64,000 nt of DNA, from positions 256,001-320,000 of the forward strand of contig OZ244650.1 of NCBI GenBank assembly GCA_965218785.1, in the 5' to 3' direction. Positions 41,007 through 51,226 of this stretch are shown here, in pieces. Every line of letters starts with the position of its first letter. Position 1 is the first letter of the stretch. The stretch is from Nitrosopumilus sp. (GTDB lineage Archaea; Thermoproteota; Nitrososphaeria; Nitrososphaerales; Nitrosopumilaceae). A program made the position numbers and the translations under genes. Below the pieces are notes generated by a model. That model was not told where the DNA came from. It saw only the letters and a program-made list of their open reading frames with translations, and made no database searches.

Positions 41007-43178
41007 ATGAAAAAACAGTATATTTTAGGATTTTTGCTTTTACTTGCCTCTACCATTGGTATGATGCAAAGCGGTGTTTATGCAGAGGAATTCCCAGACT
41101 CTGACGGTGATGGGGTTCCAAATGATATTGATTTTTGCCCTCATCTATTAGAAGACTATGATCCACAATATGGCAACGATATTGACGGCTGTCCGACGGA
41201 CTTTGTTCCGTGGTATGATACTGATAGTGACGGAATACAGGATCATATTGACAACTGTCCAACCGTAAAAGAAACCTATAACCAGATTCAGGATGAAGAT
41301 GGCTGCCCTGATTTATCATCTTATGATACAAATAACATTGTCGATTCTGACGGCGACGGCTTTCCAGACAATCTGGACCTGTGCCCAACACAGCCAGAAA
41401 CATTCAATGGAATTGATGACAAGGACGGCTGCCCTGATGATTCACTGACATCAAGGGATGCCGACAATGACGGACTTTCAGATACTGTAGATGCATGTCC
41501 GCTGGAGCCTGAAACATACAACAGATTCCAAGATGGCGACGGCTGCCCTGATGTTGTTGATGCAACTGCACCCCAGTACCAGTTTCCTGATACTGACGAT
41601 GACAAAATAGATGACAGGTGGGATTCCTGCATTGACGAGCAGGAGAACTATAATGGATACCTGGACTGGGACGGCTGCCCGGACGTACCTGGCATAATAT
41701 CTTTTAGTTCAATTGATTCTGATTACGACAGCATTCCCGATTTTATTGATGCATGTCCGTCAGAGCGCGAGAATTTCAACAAATTCCAAGACGGTGATGG
41801 CTGCCCAGATAACGTTGAACATGTAAGTACTGCAGATTCTGATGGTGACGGCATTTCAGACAAGTTCGACATGTGTCCTAATTCCAGAGAAACCTATAAT
41901 AAATTCCAGGATCTAGACGGATGCCCTGATTCCATAACAGAGGACAAAAAAACCGCCGATTCTGACGGTGACGGCTTTACAGACGATCTGGACCTGTGCC
42001 CAACACAGCCAGAAACATTCAATGGAACTGATGACGATGACGGCTGTCCGGATAATTCACCGACATCAAAGGATGGCGACAGTGACGGTATAATCGATAC
42101 CTCCGATGCATGTCCGCTAGAGCCTGAAGCATACAACGGATTCCAGGATGATGACGGCTGTCCGGATACTGTTGATGCAACTGCACCCCAGTACCAGTTC
42201 CCTGACGCTGACGGTGACAGAGTAGATGACAGGTGGGATTCCTGCATTGACGAGCAGGAGAACTATAACGGATACCTGGACTGGGACGGCTGTCCTGATG
42301 TTCCAGGAACATCCACAACTGCATTACCTGACATTGATTATGATGAGATTCCAGATCATTTAGATAAATGCCCAACAATATCTGAAAGATACAACGGATT
42401 CCAAGATGAAGACGGATGCCCTGATTCCGTAATTTATGATTCCTTTGGAGATGCAGACCTTGATGGTGTTATAGATAATGTTGATGAATGTACTGATGCC
42501 CGAGAAACTTACAATAAATATCTTGATCATGACGGCTGCCCTGATTTCATATCAGAGAACAAACGAACCGCCGATTCTGACGGTGACGGCTTTCCAGATT
42601 ATCTGGACCTGTGCCCAACACAGCCAGAAACATTCAATGGAACTGATGACGATGACGGCTGCCCTGATGATTCACTGATATCAAAGGATGGCGACAGTGA
42701 CGGTATAATCGATACCTCCGATGCATGTCCGCTGGAGCCTGAAACATACAACGGATTCCAGGATGATGACGGCTGTCCGGATGTAACCGTCTCTGCTACG
42801 TCGTCTTATAATTTCCCGGATGTTGACGGTGACAGAGTAGATGACAGGTGGGATTCCTGCATTGACGAGCAGGAGAACTATAACGGATACCTGGACTGGG
42901 ACGGCTGCCCTGACGTACTTGGAGCAGAATCTACTGCCCCAACTACTTTTGACTCTGATGATGACGGATATTCAGATACCGTGGATTCCTGTCCAACTAG
43001 CCCCGAAACTTGGAATAAATACAATGATCATGACGGCTGCCCTGATACTGTCCCTGAACAACAGAGATTTGTCCATGATCATGACCTAGATGGAATCCTC
43101 AATAATACAGATCAGTGCCCCCTTGACCCTGAAGATTATGACGGGGACAGGGACGAAGACGGCTGCCCAGATAACTGA
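41007..43178 (+). CDS. Secreted thrombospondin type-3 repeat protein 3
   Basis: Signal peptide from MKKQYIL (ATG 41007); N-terminus nearly identical to protein 2; TSP3-like repeats. Confidence 0.9.
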   Translation: MKKQYILGFLLLLASTIGMMQSGVYAEEFPDSDGDGVPNDIDFCPHLLEDYDPQYGNDIDGCPTDFVPWYDTDSDGIQDHIDNCPTVKETYNQIQDEDGCPDLSSYDTNNIVDSDGDGFPDNLDLCPTQPETFNGIDDKDGCPDDSLTSRDADNDGLSDTVDACPLEPETYNRFQDGDGCPDVVDATAPQYQFPDTDDDKIDDRWDSCIDEQENYNGYLDWDGCPDVPGIISFSSIDSDYDSIPDFIDACPSERENFNKFQDGDGCPDNVEHVSTADSDGDGISDKFDMCPNSRETYNKFQDLDGCPDSITEDKKTADSDGDGFTDDLDLCPTQPETFNGTDDDDGCPDNSPTSKDGDSDGIIDTSDACPLEPEAYNGFQDDDGCPDTVDATAPQYQFPDADGDRVDDRWDSCIDEQENYNGYLDWDGCPDVPGTSTTALPDIDYDEIPDHLDKCPTISERYNGFQDEDGCPDSVIYDSFGDADLDGVIDNVDECTDARETYNKYLDHDGCPDFISENKRTADSDGDGFPDYLDLCPTQPETFNGTDDDDGCPDDSLISKDGDSDGIIDTSDACPLEPETYNGFQDDDGCPDVTVSATSSYNFPDVDGDRVDDRWDSCIDEQENYNGYLDWDGCPDVLGAESTAPTTFDSDDDGYSDTVDSCPTSPETWNKYNDHDGCPDTVPEQQRFVHDHDLDGILNNTDQCPLDPEDYDGDRDEDGCPDN
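41343..42920 (+). repeat. 615-bp coding super-repeat, about 2.5 units
   Basis: Same anchor at 41343, 41958 and 42573. Confidence 0.9.
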
Positions 43179-43225
43179 TATCGATTTTTGGCATAGTAAA
43201 TATATTCCAATCATGGATTCTTCAC

Positions 43226-44188
43226 ATGCTTCCAAAATTTTCTAGTAGGGCATTTTTAGCGCCCATGGCCGGAGTTAGTGATCCTGCCCTTCGTCTGCAA
43301 TGTAAACAAAAAGGAGCAGGTCTTGTTGTTACTGAATTTACAAATATTCATAGTATTATTGCCAAAGAAAGACAACTCAAGGAAAACGCCAAAACAATCC
43401 AGGAATTTATCGAGTATTCTGAAGAAGAACGCCCCCTCTCAATTCAGTTATTTGGTTCTGATCTTCCTGCATTAGAGATGGCAGCAAAGATTGTAGAACC
43501 GTATTTTGATATTATTGACTATAACATGGGATGTCCTGCACCACACATTACCCGGCAAATGGCAGGCGGTGCTCTTTTACAGGAAGTTAACCTAACTCAA
43601 CAAATCTTCAACACACTAGTCAATGCCGTAAAAAAACCCGTAACATTAAAAATCCGTTCCGGAGTAACAGATGCCAGCAAATTCCTTTTTAGAGAAATTG
43701 CTGAAATTGCAGAAGATGAAGGAATTAAAATGATTACTTTTCATCCTAGAACTGTCAGCCAGGGTTATTCTGGAAGTGCGGATTGGAATCAGATCAAGGA
43801 ACTAAAAGAAATATCTAATATTCCAGTTGTTGGAAACGGTGACATTACAACTCCTGAGGATGCTAAAACCATGATTGATGAAACCGGCTGTGACTATGTA
43901 ATGATAGGCCGTGGTGCGATGGGAAACCCGTTTTTGTTTGAACAAATAAATGATTATCTCAAAACCGGTTCTTACAACGAGTATTCCTTCAAAGATCGTC
44001 TGAATTCTTTTTTTGATTATTTACATCTAACAAATCAATATAAAATCAAATTTGCCAATATCAAGAGTCAGGCAATCCGATTTACAAAGGGTATGACGGG
44101 AGGCTCCAAACTGCGTTCAAAAATTACTTTTTCCAAAAATACTGAGGAATTGGAAAAAATTATGAACGATGCCCATACTTTATCCTAA
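43226..44188 (+). CDS. dusB: tRNA-dihydrouridine synthase (DusB-like)
   Basis: LAPMAG, QLFGSD, NMGCP, KIRSG, HPRT..QGYSG.ADW, GNGDI, MIGRG..GNP. Confidence 0.93.
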   Translation: MLPKFSSRAFLAPMAGVSDPALRLQCKQKGAGLVVTEFTNIHSIIAKERQLKENAKTIQEFIEYSEEERPLSIQLFGSDLPALEMAAKIVEPYFDIIDYNMGCPAPHITRQMAGGALLQEVNLTQQIFNTLVNAVKKPVTLKIRSGVTDASKFLFREIAEIAEDEGIKMITFHPRTVSQGYSGSADWNQIKELKEISNIPVVGNGDITTPEDAKTMIDETGCDYVMIGRGAMGNPFLFEQINDYLKTGSYNEYSFKDRLNSFFDYLHLTNQYKIKFANIKSQAIRFTKGMTGGSKLRSKITFSKNTEELEKIMNDAHTLS

Positions 44189-44326
44189 ATTTGCCAAATT
44201 ATTGGGTGTCTCTTTATGTTTGTTTAATATTTAATCAGAATTTACGTCAAGTTTTTAAGTAAATCGGACTATTCTTATATAATTCAAGATGCCATTCTAT
44301 GTATGAAAATAGGAGTCAGATCATAA

Positions 44327-44566
44327 TTGGCAACAGCTTATGTTCTCATTAATTGTGAGCTGGGTTCTGAAGAAGCCGTAATATCAGAACTAAAATCAAT
44401 TGAGGGCGTAGTTGAAGTACATGGCACATTTGGCGCATATGATGTTCTAGTCAAAGTAGAGTCCGGTCAGGTTGAGGCACTGCGTGAAACTATCACCTGG
44501 AAAATAAGAAAAATCCCAAAAATCAGATCAACTCTGACATTGATGGGCATTGAAGGACAACAGTAA
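44327..44566 (+). CDS. Lrp/AsnC ligand-binding domain protein
   Basis: AYVLIN...G, V.EVHGTFGAYDV.VKV, IRKI..IRSTLTL. Confidence 0.9.
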   Translation: MATAYVLINCELGSEEAVISELKSIEGVVEVHGTFGAYDVLVKVESGQVEALRETITWKIRKIPKIRSTLTLMGIEGQQ

Positions 44567-44698
44567 CTATTACAAATCCCGTTTTTATTCGGATTGTAAT
44601 GTCAACCCTTCAAAAAAAACATGTACCCCAAGGATCCACTGAGTGGTGTTACTTTTCTCGGTGGTATTTTCATTAGATTGTTTTACTGGATTCAGTGA

Positions 44699-45046
44699 TT
44701 AGAGGGCTTTAGAATCAGTCTTTTTTGATGTGATATTTAGAACACTATCCACATTAGATACCGCTATAATTCCATCCCCGCTCTCTCCCGTATATGCCGC
44801 ATCTGCAATTGCCTTTGAAATCTTTTCCACTTTTGAATCATCGACAATCGTGATTATGGTTGCAACCTTGTTGTATTTTGCAACAACCGTATTCGTTCCT
44901 CTCTCTGCCCCGATGGTCTGTCTTGTCCCAGAACCTCTTCCATTTCCTTCCAGAACTGTAAATCCACCAACCAAGTCATTAATTGCCTCAGAAACAACCC
45001 CTATCTTGTTTATTTGAATAGTTGCTTCAATTCGTTTCATCTTCAT
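44699..45046 (-). CDS. glnB: P-II family nitrogen regulatory protein
   Basis: MKRIEATI, G.GRG T-loop start, AYTGESGDGII B-loop. Confidence 0.9.
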   Translation of the reverse strand: MKMKRIEATIQINKIGVVSEAINDLVGGFTVLEGNGRGSGTRQTIGAERGTNTVVAKYNKVATIITIVDDSKVEKISKAIADAAYTGESGDGIIAVSNVDSVLNITSKKTDSKAL

Positions 45047-45167
45047 TATTCTTCAGTACCGCTTAAAAGGAATCACATGTTTTTAATCCGTTTTTATGAT
45101 ACCATGGGGAGGAGGAGGTTATTTCATAATCCTGTGGCCTTTTTTAGTATTAAAACAAGGTAAAATT

Positions 45168-45344
45168 ATGAAAAGCGATGAAAAAAGGTCCCACAGATTA
45201 AACTATCTTTTAAAGTATTATCTGATAAATCCCAGGGAACACGATCTATATCAAAGAGCCAAACAAATGGGCGTATCTGATTCAACTGCAAAGGATTACA
45301 TTCGAACAGTCATTATACAAGCCCAAAAAATACGCTCAAAATAG
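45168..45344 (+). CDS. Small hypothetical protein (HTH-like)
   Basis: MKSDEKRSHRLNYLL...AKQMGVSDSTAKDYI; start moved to ATG 45168. Confidence 0.7.
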   Translation: MKSDEKRSHRLNYLLKYYLINPREHDLYQRAKQMGVSDSTAKDYIRTVIIQAQKIRSK

Positions 45345-45450
45345 ATTTTTGTAATTTTTTTTATGTAATTAATTACTTTTTCAGTCAAAAATAGACCATT
45401 AGAAATCTTAAACAAGGTATTCATAAATAATCATAGGGGAATAAAACACT

Positions 45451-46122
45451 ATGACTAACTCACTACTCGATGATGTAAACGCTCTTTTAGAGAAGGGTTT
45501 TGGAGACGATCGAATTTTAAGGCAGATTTGCAGGGCATGTAAGAATGATGAAATTATCAGTAATTATGAGAGAAATTATGTTAAAAAACTGGCAGAAGAA
45601 CATCTGGGAAAAAAACCAGAAATTATTCAAACTCTGCCTATTGAGAAACCACTAGTTCCAGATGTAGTGCTGCCCCAACTGCCAACTGTTCAAAAAACAC
45701 AGAAAATCCGGCCCAAACTGTCACGAATCATCCCTTTCAAATTAAAAAAATCAAAAATGACGTTGGGTATTGGCAGTCTTGTCTTGATAGTAATTATCGC
45801 ACTTGCCGTATCTAGTGTCGACATACCGTCACCTCCTATAATTCCAGACGGATTATCAATTCAAACTGATTTATCATCTTATGCTACAAAAAACATAATC
45901 TCAATTAGTGGCATATCTGATACTACCGGAACTGTGAATCTATCAATTGAAAATCAAAATAATGAATCTGTATGGTCAGAACAGGTTTCCTTAAAAAATG
46001 ATGGAAGATATTCCACACTAGTAATAGCTGGCGGGCTGGGCTGGGATGGTTCTGGTACTTATACAATTACAGCAGATAACGGGGTGGAAGAAAAATCAAG
46101 CACGTTTTCATTTACTGCGTGA
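45451..46122 (+). CDS. Hypothetical single-pass membrane protein
   Basis: N-terminal GD..IL.QI domain, central TM, C-terminal Ig-like segment (GTYTITA). Confidence 0.75.
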   Translation: MTNSLLDDVNALLEKGFGDDRILRQICRACKNDEIISNYERNYVKKLAEEHLGKKPEIIQTLPIEKPLVPDVVLPQLPTVQKTQKIRPKLSRIIPFKLKKSKMTLGIGSLVLIVIIALAVSSVDIPSPPIIPDGLSIQTDLSSYATKNIISISGISDTTGTVNLSIENQNNESVWSEQVSLKNDGRYSTLVIAGGLGWDGSGTYTITADNGVEEKSSTFSFTA

Positions 46123-46718
46123 TTTTCCCAAATTCCATCCGGTGAGAATCAACTACTTTTCAAGTTTTCCTGCACTGATCTCTTGGTGCATTGATGTATA
46201 CTACTAGAATTTTGTCTGCCCGAATCACTGCATAACTGTCGCCGGTGTTTTTTGGGATTGTACCTGATCTGCATTGACTCATTTCAAATATCCATAGTTG
46301 ATTCTGGTTTGAAAAATCAGCATCATTAGCCAGCCACATAAGCAAAACATTGCTGATTGGTTTAATTTCATGCGGTTTTTCACATGTAATGATCCGTCTT
46401 TTGAAATGTTATCTCATTAAATCCCCTGAATTAAGATAACAAAACCACTCTGTTTAACAGGCCAATCTGTTTTCCACTGAAGGTATCATTCCATGTACAA
46501 TCGGATTTCATAAAACTTTTTTTACGAGAATCTGATTCATCAGAAATCTGATATTTTGCCTCTGGATTTACGAATAATTTGTTCAGAATTATGATCTGAC
46601 TGGATCTGATTTTCTTTTCATATGGTGTATCAATTAATTTATCTGTTCTAATTCCTACAATGGACTTTCACCTTTGATAGAACAGTCCAAAATTTAGCAA
46701 AGTCACGGTCTTTCTGCC

Positions 46719-46940
46719 TTATCTGCAGAAAAACTCCCCTCCTGCCCCCTTGTACAAAACAAAGTATTCTTCTGGATTTTTTCTATCTTTTTTGGCATTT
46801 AAGGCATCCTGATACATTTCAAAATGCTCAACTACGTACAGTCTGTTTCCCAGCTGAGCAAAATAATCTATTCCGACCAGATCAAAGCCCATTTCAGGAG
46901 TCAGATTCATCTTCTCTTCTTTAAAAACGTCTTGAGTCAA
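46719..46940 (-). CDS. Small conserved hypothetical protein
   Basis: 73-aa ORF directly downstream of tbp on the same strand. Confidence 0.65.
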   Translation of the reverse strand: MTQDVFKEEKMNLTPEMGFDLVGIDYFAQLGNRLYVVEHFEMYQDALNAKKDRKNPEEYFVLYKGAGGEFFCR

Positions 46941-46969
46941 TTCTATTTTTTTGAAATATCGTAATTAAA

Positions 46970-47533
46970 TCACTGATCATAAATCATCAGATTTTTTTCT
47001 TCCAGCAACGAATGCAAGTTATGTACAGAACGATACACATCTGATTCTTTTTTTGCCCCGGTACATACTAGTTTTCCTGACGCAAATAACAATATCACGG
47101 TTTTTGGATCAAGCATTCTATGTATGAGTCCTGGAAACTGTTCTGGTTCGTACATACTTCGTGGCAGTGTTCTTGCCGCTTTTTCCAAATGAATCTTTCC
47201 ACCAAGATTGATTGCAGCTACTATATTTTGAACTGTAATTACCGCATCGTTTTTTATTCTGATCTTCCCTTTTCTTAGTTTTTGAACAACGGTGTTCACA
47301 GCTTTGATTGCCATCTCTTCTGATTTTGCCCCGGTACAAACCATCTTTCCTGTTCTAAAAATCAGGGTTGCAGTTCTAGGTGTCTTTAATCTGAAAACAA
47401 GTCCTGGAAACTGTTCAGGATGATATTCCGTATCTGGAAATTTTTCTGTAATCTTATTCAAGTCAATTTTCTGTTCAACTGATGCAGAGGCTACCACATT
47501 TTCAACGCTAACAATGGGCTTGGTTTGAGGCAT
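46970..47533 (-). CDS. tbp: TATA-box-binding protein
   Basis: Two repeats of NVVAS/NIVAA, Y.PEQFPGL and LIF..GK.VCTGAK. Confidence 0.97.
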   Translation of the reverse strand: MPQTKPIVSVENVVASASVEQKIDLNKITEKFPDTEYHPEQFPGLVFRLKTPRTATLIFRTGKMVCTGAKSEEMAIKAVNTVVQKLRKGKIRIKNDAVITVQNIVAAINLGGKIHLEKAARTLPRSMYEPEQFPGLIHRMLDPKTVILLFASGKLVCTGAKKESDVYRSVHNLHSLLEEKNLMIYDQ

Positions 47534-47598
47534 AACATGGGACTTTAAATAGCCCTTTATATATACTAGACCAGGTTTTTTCTAAAAATCACAACGAG

Positions 47599-48075
47599 CT
47601 AATGATGGCCAATCCATTGATAACGATACTCTTCATCAATAATGTCTGCAACTATCTCACTGTCTTTGATTTTTGGCATATCAATCTCAAAAAATCCCAA
47701 CTTGCCCTTGCATGGAATTGGAACTCTGAATGCCTTTTGATTTTTTAGCATAAATCCACAAGTGTTATCATGAAAATCTTTTGATGCCAGATGAAATTTT
47801 TGATCCGCCTTGATCTCCTTAATCGAATTGTATTTTTTTACTTTGTAAATCTCGGCTTTTCCAATTATTCTGCCTGTAACAAATTTTTTGCTAATTCCTA
47901 GCCTTTTACAGTCCTTAGTCTTTATTTTTAGCGGGGCATGAACTAGAAATTCCCCGCGGAAATTTGTGTTCCATTTTCTTAGTTCAATGGTTTTTTTGCC
48001 TGAAATAATTAAATCCGCAAATGGCTGAGAAACTGAGAGACATTTCAAGACATTATTCTCTGGCTGTCTGAACAT
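47599..48075 (-). CDS. ASCH-domain protein
   Basis: LSVSQPFA.LI..GKKTIELR.W.T.FRG..L.HA; KGKLGFF. True start may be a few codons downstream. Confidence 0.88.
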   Translation of the reverse strand: MFRQPENNVLKCLSVSQPFADLIISGKKTIELRKWNTNFRGEFLVHAPLKIKTKDCKRLGISKKFVTGRIIGKAEIYKVKKYNSIKEIKADQKFHLASKDFHDNTCGFMLKNQKAFRVPIPCKGKLGFFEIDMPKIKDSEIVADIIDEEYRYQWIGHH

Positions 48076-49594
48076 ATTCTCCGGGATCTTTACCCTGTCC
48101 CTCAGGCAGGCTGGTTATTCCACCATTGAGACTTTCAGTAACTATGCCCTTACCTGCAAGTACCTTGGTTGCCATAAGCGATGTGTTTCCTGCCATACAA
48201 ATTAACAGTGCCTTGCCCTTGGCTCCGTTCAGCTCTTTTGTAAGCTCTTCAGGAACCTGCTGTGTTGATAATAGCTGATTTATGGTACTTGCCTTTGGAA
48301 TTACAATTTTTTCTTTGTCCACTCCTAAAGATTTGGCGATAATTTCAATCCCCTTCTCCTTTGGAGCATACTGTGGATGGACCCATATTATTTTATCATA
48401 TTCTTCAACACTTGATGCTGCCTCCTCTAAGGAGACTTGAATGCGTTGATTAGATGAGATTGATTCCAGATTTTTTCTATACTTTTCTATACCGTCAGCA
48501 ACTACAACTATGAATTTCCCTTTTTCTCCATTACCTGTCATTTCTAATATGGAATAAAGCGCAAGTGCGGTGCTTTCACCAATATTGTGACCCTTATCTA
48601 CGAAGAATTTTAGTAAATGCTTTGCTTGTCCAAAATCAACCTCGTGCTGGGCCGCGTATGCGTCCGGATTGTATAGTCTTAGCCCGTCTGCCTTGGCCTT
48701 GGTTCTAATTCCTGCAACATCCTGGCCTGCGGGTGGAAATACCACATGCACGGCCTTTTTTCCATATTTTTCATTCATGTATTTACTTAATCCGCCAGAT
48801 GTGCCGCCTGTTCCAAAAGAACAAAGTATCCTATAATCTTCTAACGAATCCCCCTTTTCATGTAGCTGCTGATCAATTTCTACTGCGGTAATCGTTCTGT
48901 GGGCCTCGATGTTTAATTCATTGTCGTATTGTTCCGGACAGAAACAGCCATAAATTTTTGAGATTAGTTTTGCCAGATTAATGATATCTTCTGCAGTCAA
49001 TAGTTTTTCAATCTCCTCAACTGATTCGTCAAATTTTGCAGGCTCAAAACCCAATTCAGCTAGTTGGGAGCGTATGTTTGCAGCAGTCGCCTTTGTTTTT
49101 AACGCATCAGCATCGGCATCTTTCATTCCTGGGGCAGGACAGATATCCATATCAAGATCCATGATGCGGATGTTCTCGTTTCTTAGTTCTTTGAAGACTC
49201 CCTCCTGTAATTTTCTTGAAACAAGTGAAACCACGGTTAATCCGAGTTTTGACATTTGTCCAAGAGCAATTCCAAAATTACCTGATGTCGCCTCGATAAT
49301 TGCCTGATTGCTCTGCAATTTTCCGGTCTTAATTGCATCATGTATGATGTGAATGGCAGGCCTGATTTTGATCGAGCCTGATATCAAGTCGGCATCAAAT
49401 TTCCCATACACTTTCAAGTCCAAATTCGAAATATCTAGTTTGTAAAGATTTTTTGCACATTCTTTTAGCTCTGATGTAAGATCAGTAAGGGGCGTTGCAT
49501 TAACTACTTTGTCTCCTTTTAGATGTGGGATTTTACTCCAAATTTCCCGTTCAAATTTCTCAAGCAGTGGCCTGTCAACATCATTTTCTGGCAT
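48053..49594 (-). CDS. PLP-dependent cysteine-synthase-like enzyme with C-terminal rhodanese-like domain
   Basis: SGSIKIR (PLP lysine), EATSGNFG, QY.N..N..AH, GTGGT; C-terminal LICMAGNTS...SLNGGI. Confidence 0.85.
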   Translation of the reverse strand: MPENDVDRPLLEKFEREIWSKIPHLKGDKVVNATPLTDLTSELKECAKNLYKLDISNLDLKVYGKFDADLISGSIKIRPAIHIIHDAIKTGKLQSNQAIIEATSGNFGIALGQMSKLGLTVVSLVSRKLQEGVFKELRNENIRIMDLDMDICPAPGMKDADADALKTKATAANIRSQLAELGFEPAKFDESVEEIEKLLTAEDIINLAKLISKIYGCFCPEQYDNELNIEAHRTITAVEIDQQLHEKGDSLEDYRILCSFGTGGTSGGLSKYMNEKYGKKAVHVVFPPAGQDVAGIRTKAKADGLRLYNPDAYAAQHEVDFGQAKHLLKFFVDKGHNIGESTALALYSILEMTGNGEKGKFIVVVADGIEKYRKNLESISSNQRIQVSLEEAASSVEEYDKIIWVHPQYAPKEKGIEIIAKSLGVDKEKIVIPKASTINQLLSTQQVPEELTKELNGAKGKALLICMAGNTSLMATKVLAGKGIVTESLNGGITSLPEGQGKDPGEYVQTARE

Positions 49595-49663
49595 TCTTTC
49601 TCTCTCTTCCTACCGTCAATTTTCTGCTCATATAAAATATCCTGATGGCATACTGCTGAAGAC

Positions 49664-51226
49664 CTATCTTTCTAAAATATGAATTACCTTGCTTGGAATA
49701 TCATTTAATCTGCTCACTGCCACGGTCTTTTCATATCCCAAATGTTTCAGATTATTTGCTATGGTGATGGCCCTTACCGTATTTGGACCCAAACCCAAGG
49801 CCGCCATGCTGATTCCAAGTCTTTTGAGGGCCTTGGTCATGTTTCTGACCGCGTCTGGATCTGATGGCTCGCCATCTGTCAGCGTCAAAAAAATATCGGG
49901 TCTTTTTGATTGTAAAATTGGAAACATTCTGTCATATACTTCTGCTAGCGGGGTTGAACCATTGGCAATCACATGTGCCAATCTTTTTGCAGTAATGCGG
50001 TTCCATTTTACGTTGTCTGGTTTTATAGACCAGCATACCACTGATCTGTCTTGTGTACTAAACGCATATACTGCAAATTTTACTTTAAGATAAGATAAAA
50101 CTTCACAAAGTGCCAGAGTTGCCTTTTTGTATTCAAGAGCATCTGATGCAATACTTGATGAATGATCCAACAGTATTACAATTTTGGTCTTGATGGATTT
50201 TTTTATATCTGTAAAAAACGGCTCTTGGCCTTCCATGTAACTTTCCTCATCAAATTCGTCTCCGGATCTCATGTGCTGTTCTTTCCAGCCTGACTTCCAT
50301 TCCTTGAATTTCATTTTTAATCCGTTGATCAAACTCATGTCATAGATTGCCGTTTCATTAACATTTTTTGTAGAAGGAATCTGTATTCCTATTGCTTCTG
50401 GAGTCAGTCCCTGATTCTCCATTTTTTCATTTTCATCAAGCAATACCTTGTATTCGTCATAGACATCCTCTCCCCTTGATATGGCATCAGGATCAACTGA
50501 ACCAAAATCCCCTTCCTTATTTTTAGAGATTACTTTTAAAATTTTCAACAACTCTTCTTCTGACATTGCCATTCCAGCTTTCATAAAAGGCAGGGATACC
50601 GGTATTGTAAGAAGTGAGTCAATATCTAGAATTTTAACTATCTCACTTACATTTTTTTCAAGCCAGTTAGTATCGTGATTTTCCTCAATTGCCTTACTGA
50701 CACTTTTTTTTGCAAACAAGGTTGCTTTTTTTATTTTTTCAAAATGACTGGACTGGATTTCCCCCTTTATTGCGCCAAACATGAAATATTGATAAAACGC
50801 CTCTACGATTCTGGTCTTTCCATATACTGTGTGAAGCTGCGGTCTTGCAACAAGCATATAGGCATAATTGAAGATGATTTCATCATCCATTCCCTTCCAT
50901 ATCTTCCTGCCCAGCTGTTCAACTCTCTGTGTTTCCATGGTGTTAAGAATGAATCCAAACGCATGATCATTGCTGAGAATCTTTTCACAGAATTTCACCC
51001 TCATTGCCTCATACCACAGTGACGTCCTGAATTGACGGTATTTTTGAAAATTATTTCCGATTCTTTTTTCAAGTGGTGTTAGAATGACTTTATTTTCATT
51101 CAGTCTTGTCTTTGTTTCCATCCTGTCTGAAATCTCAACAATCATCCCGTCTCTTTCAGACCATCTTCTTACAAGAAAAGTCGCAATTTCTACCAATGAT
51201 TCGTTTTGAAGTTGAATTGATTGCAT
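49664..51226 (-). CDS. von Willebrand factor A domain protein (NorD/CbbO-like partner)
   Basis: MIDAS LLDHSSS, GSTP, TDGEP; directly follows an AAA+ ATPase. Confidence 0.85.
   Translation of the reverse strand: MQSIQLQNESLVEIATFLVRRWSERDGMIVEISDRMETKTRLNENKVILTPLEKRIGNNFQKYRQFRTSLWYEAMRVKFCEKILSNDHAFGFILNTMETQRVEQLGRKIWKGMDDEIIFNYAYMLVARPQLHTVYGKTRIVEAFYQYFMFGAIKGEIQSSHFEKIKKATLFAKKSVSKAIEENHDTNWLEKNVSEIVKILDIDSLLTIPVSLPFMKAGMAMSEEELLKILKVISKNKEGDFGSVDPDAISRGEDVYDEYKVLLDENEKMENQGLTPEAIGIQIPSTKNVNETAIYDMSLINGLKMKFKEWKSGWKEQHMRSGDEFDEESYMEGQEPFFTDIKKSIKTKIVILLDHSSSIASDALEYKKATLALCEVLSYLKVKFAVYAFSTQDRSVVCWSIKPDNVKWNRITAKRLAHVIANGSTPLAEVYDRMFPILQSKRPDIFLTLTDGEPSDPDAVRNMTKALKRLGISMAALGLGPNTVRAITIANNLKHLGYEKTVAVSRLNDIPSKVIHILER

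Noticed and set aside
35292-43089. Numerous short alternative-frame and antisense ORFs in the TSP3 genes
   Set aside because: By-products of the repetitive Asp/Gly-rich coding sequence.
46123-46718. 600-bp intergenic gap with a 61-aa ORF
   Set aside because: No motif, repeat or RNA structure I could support.
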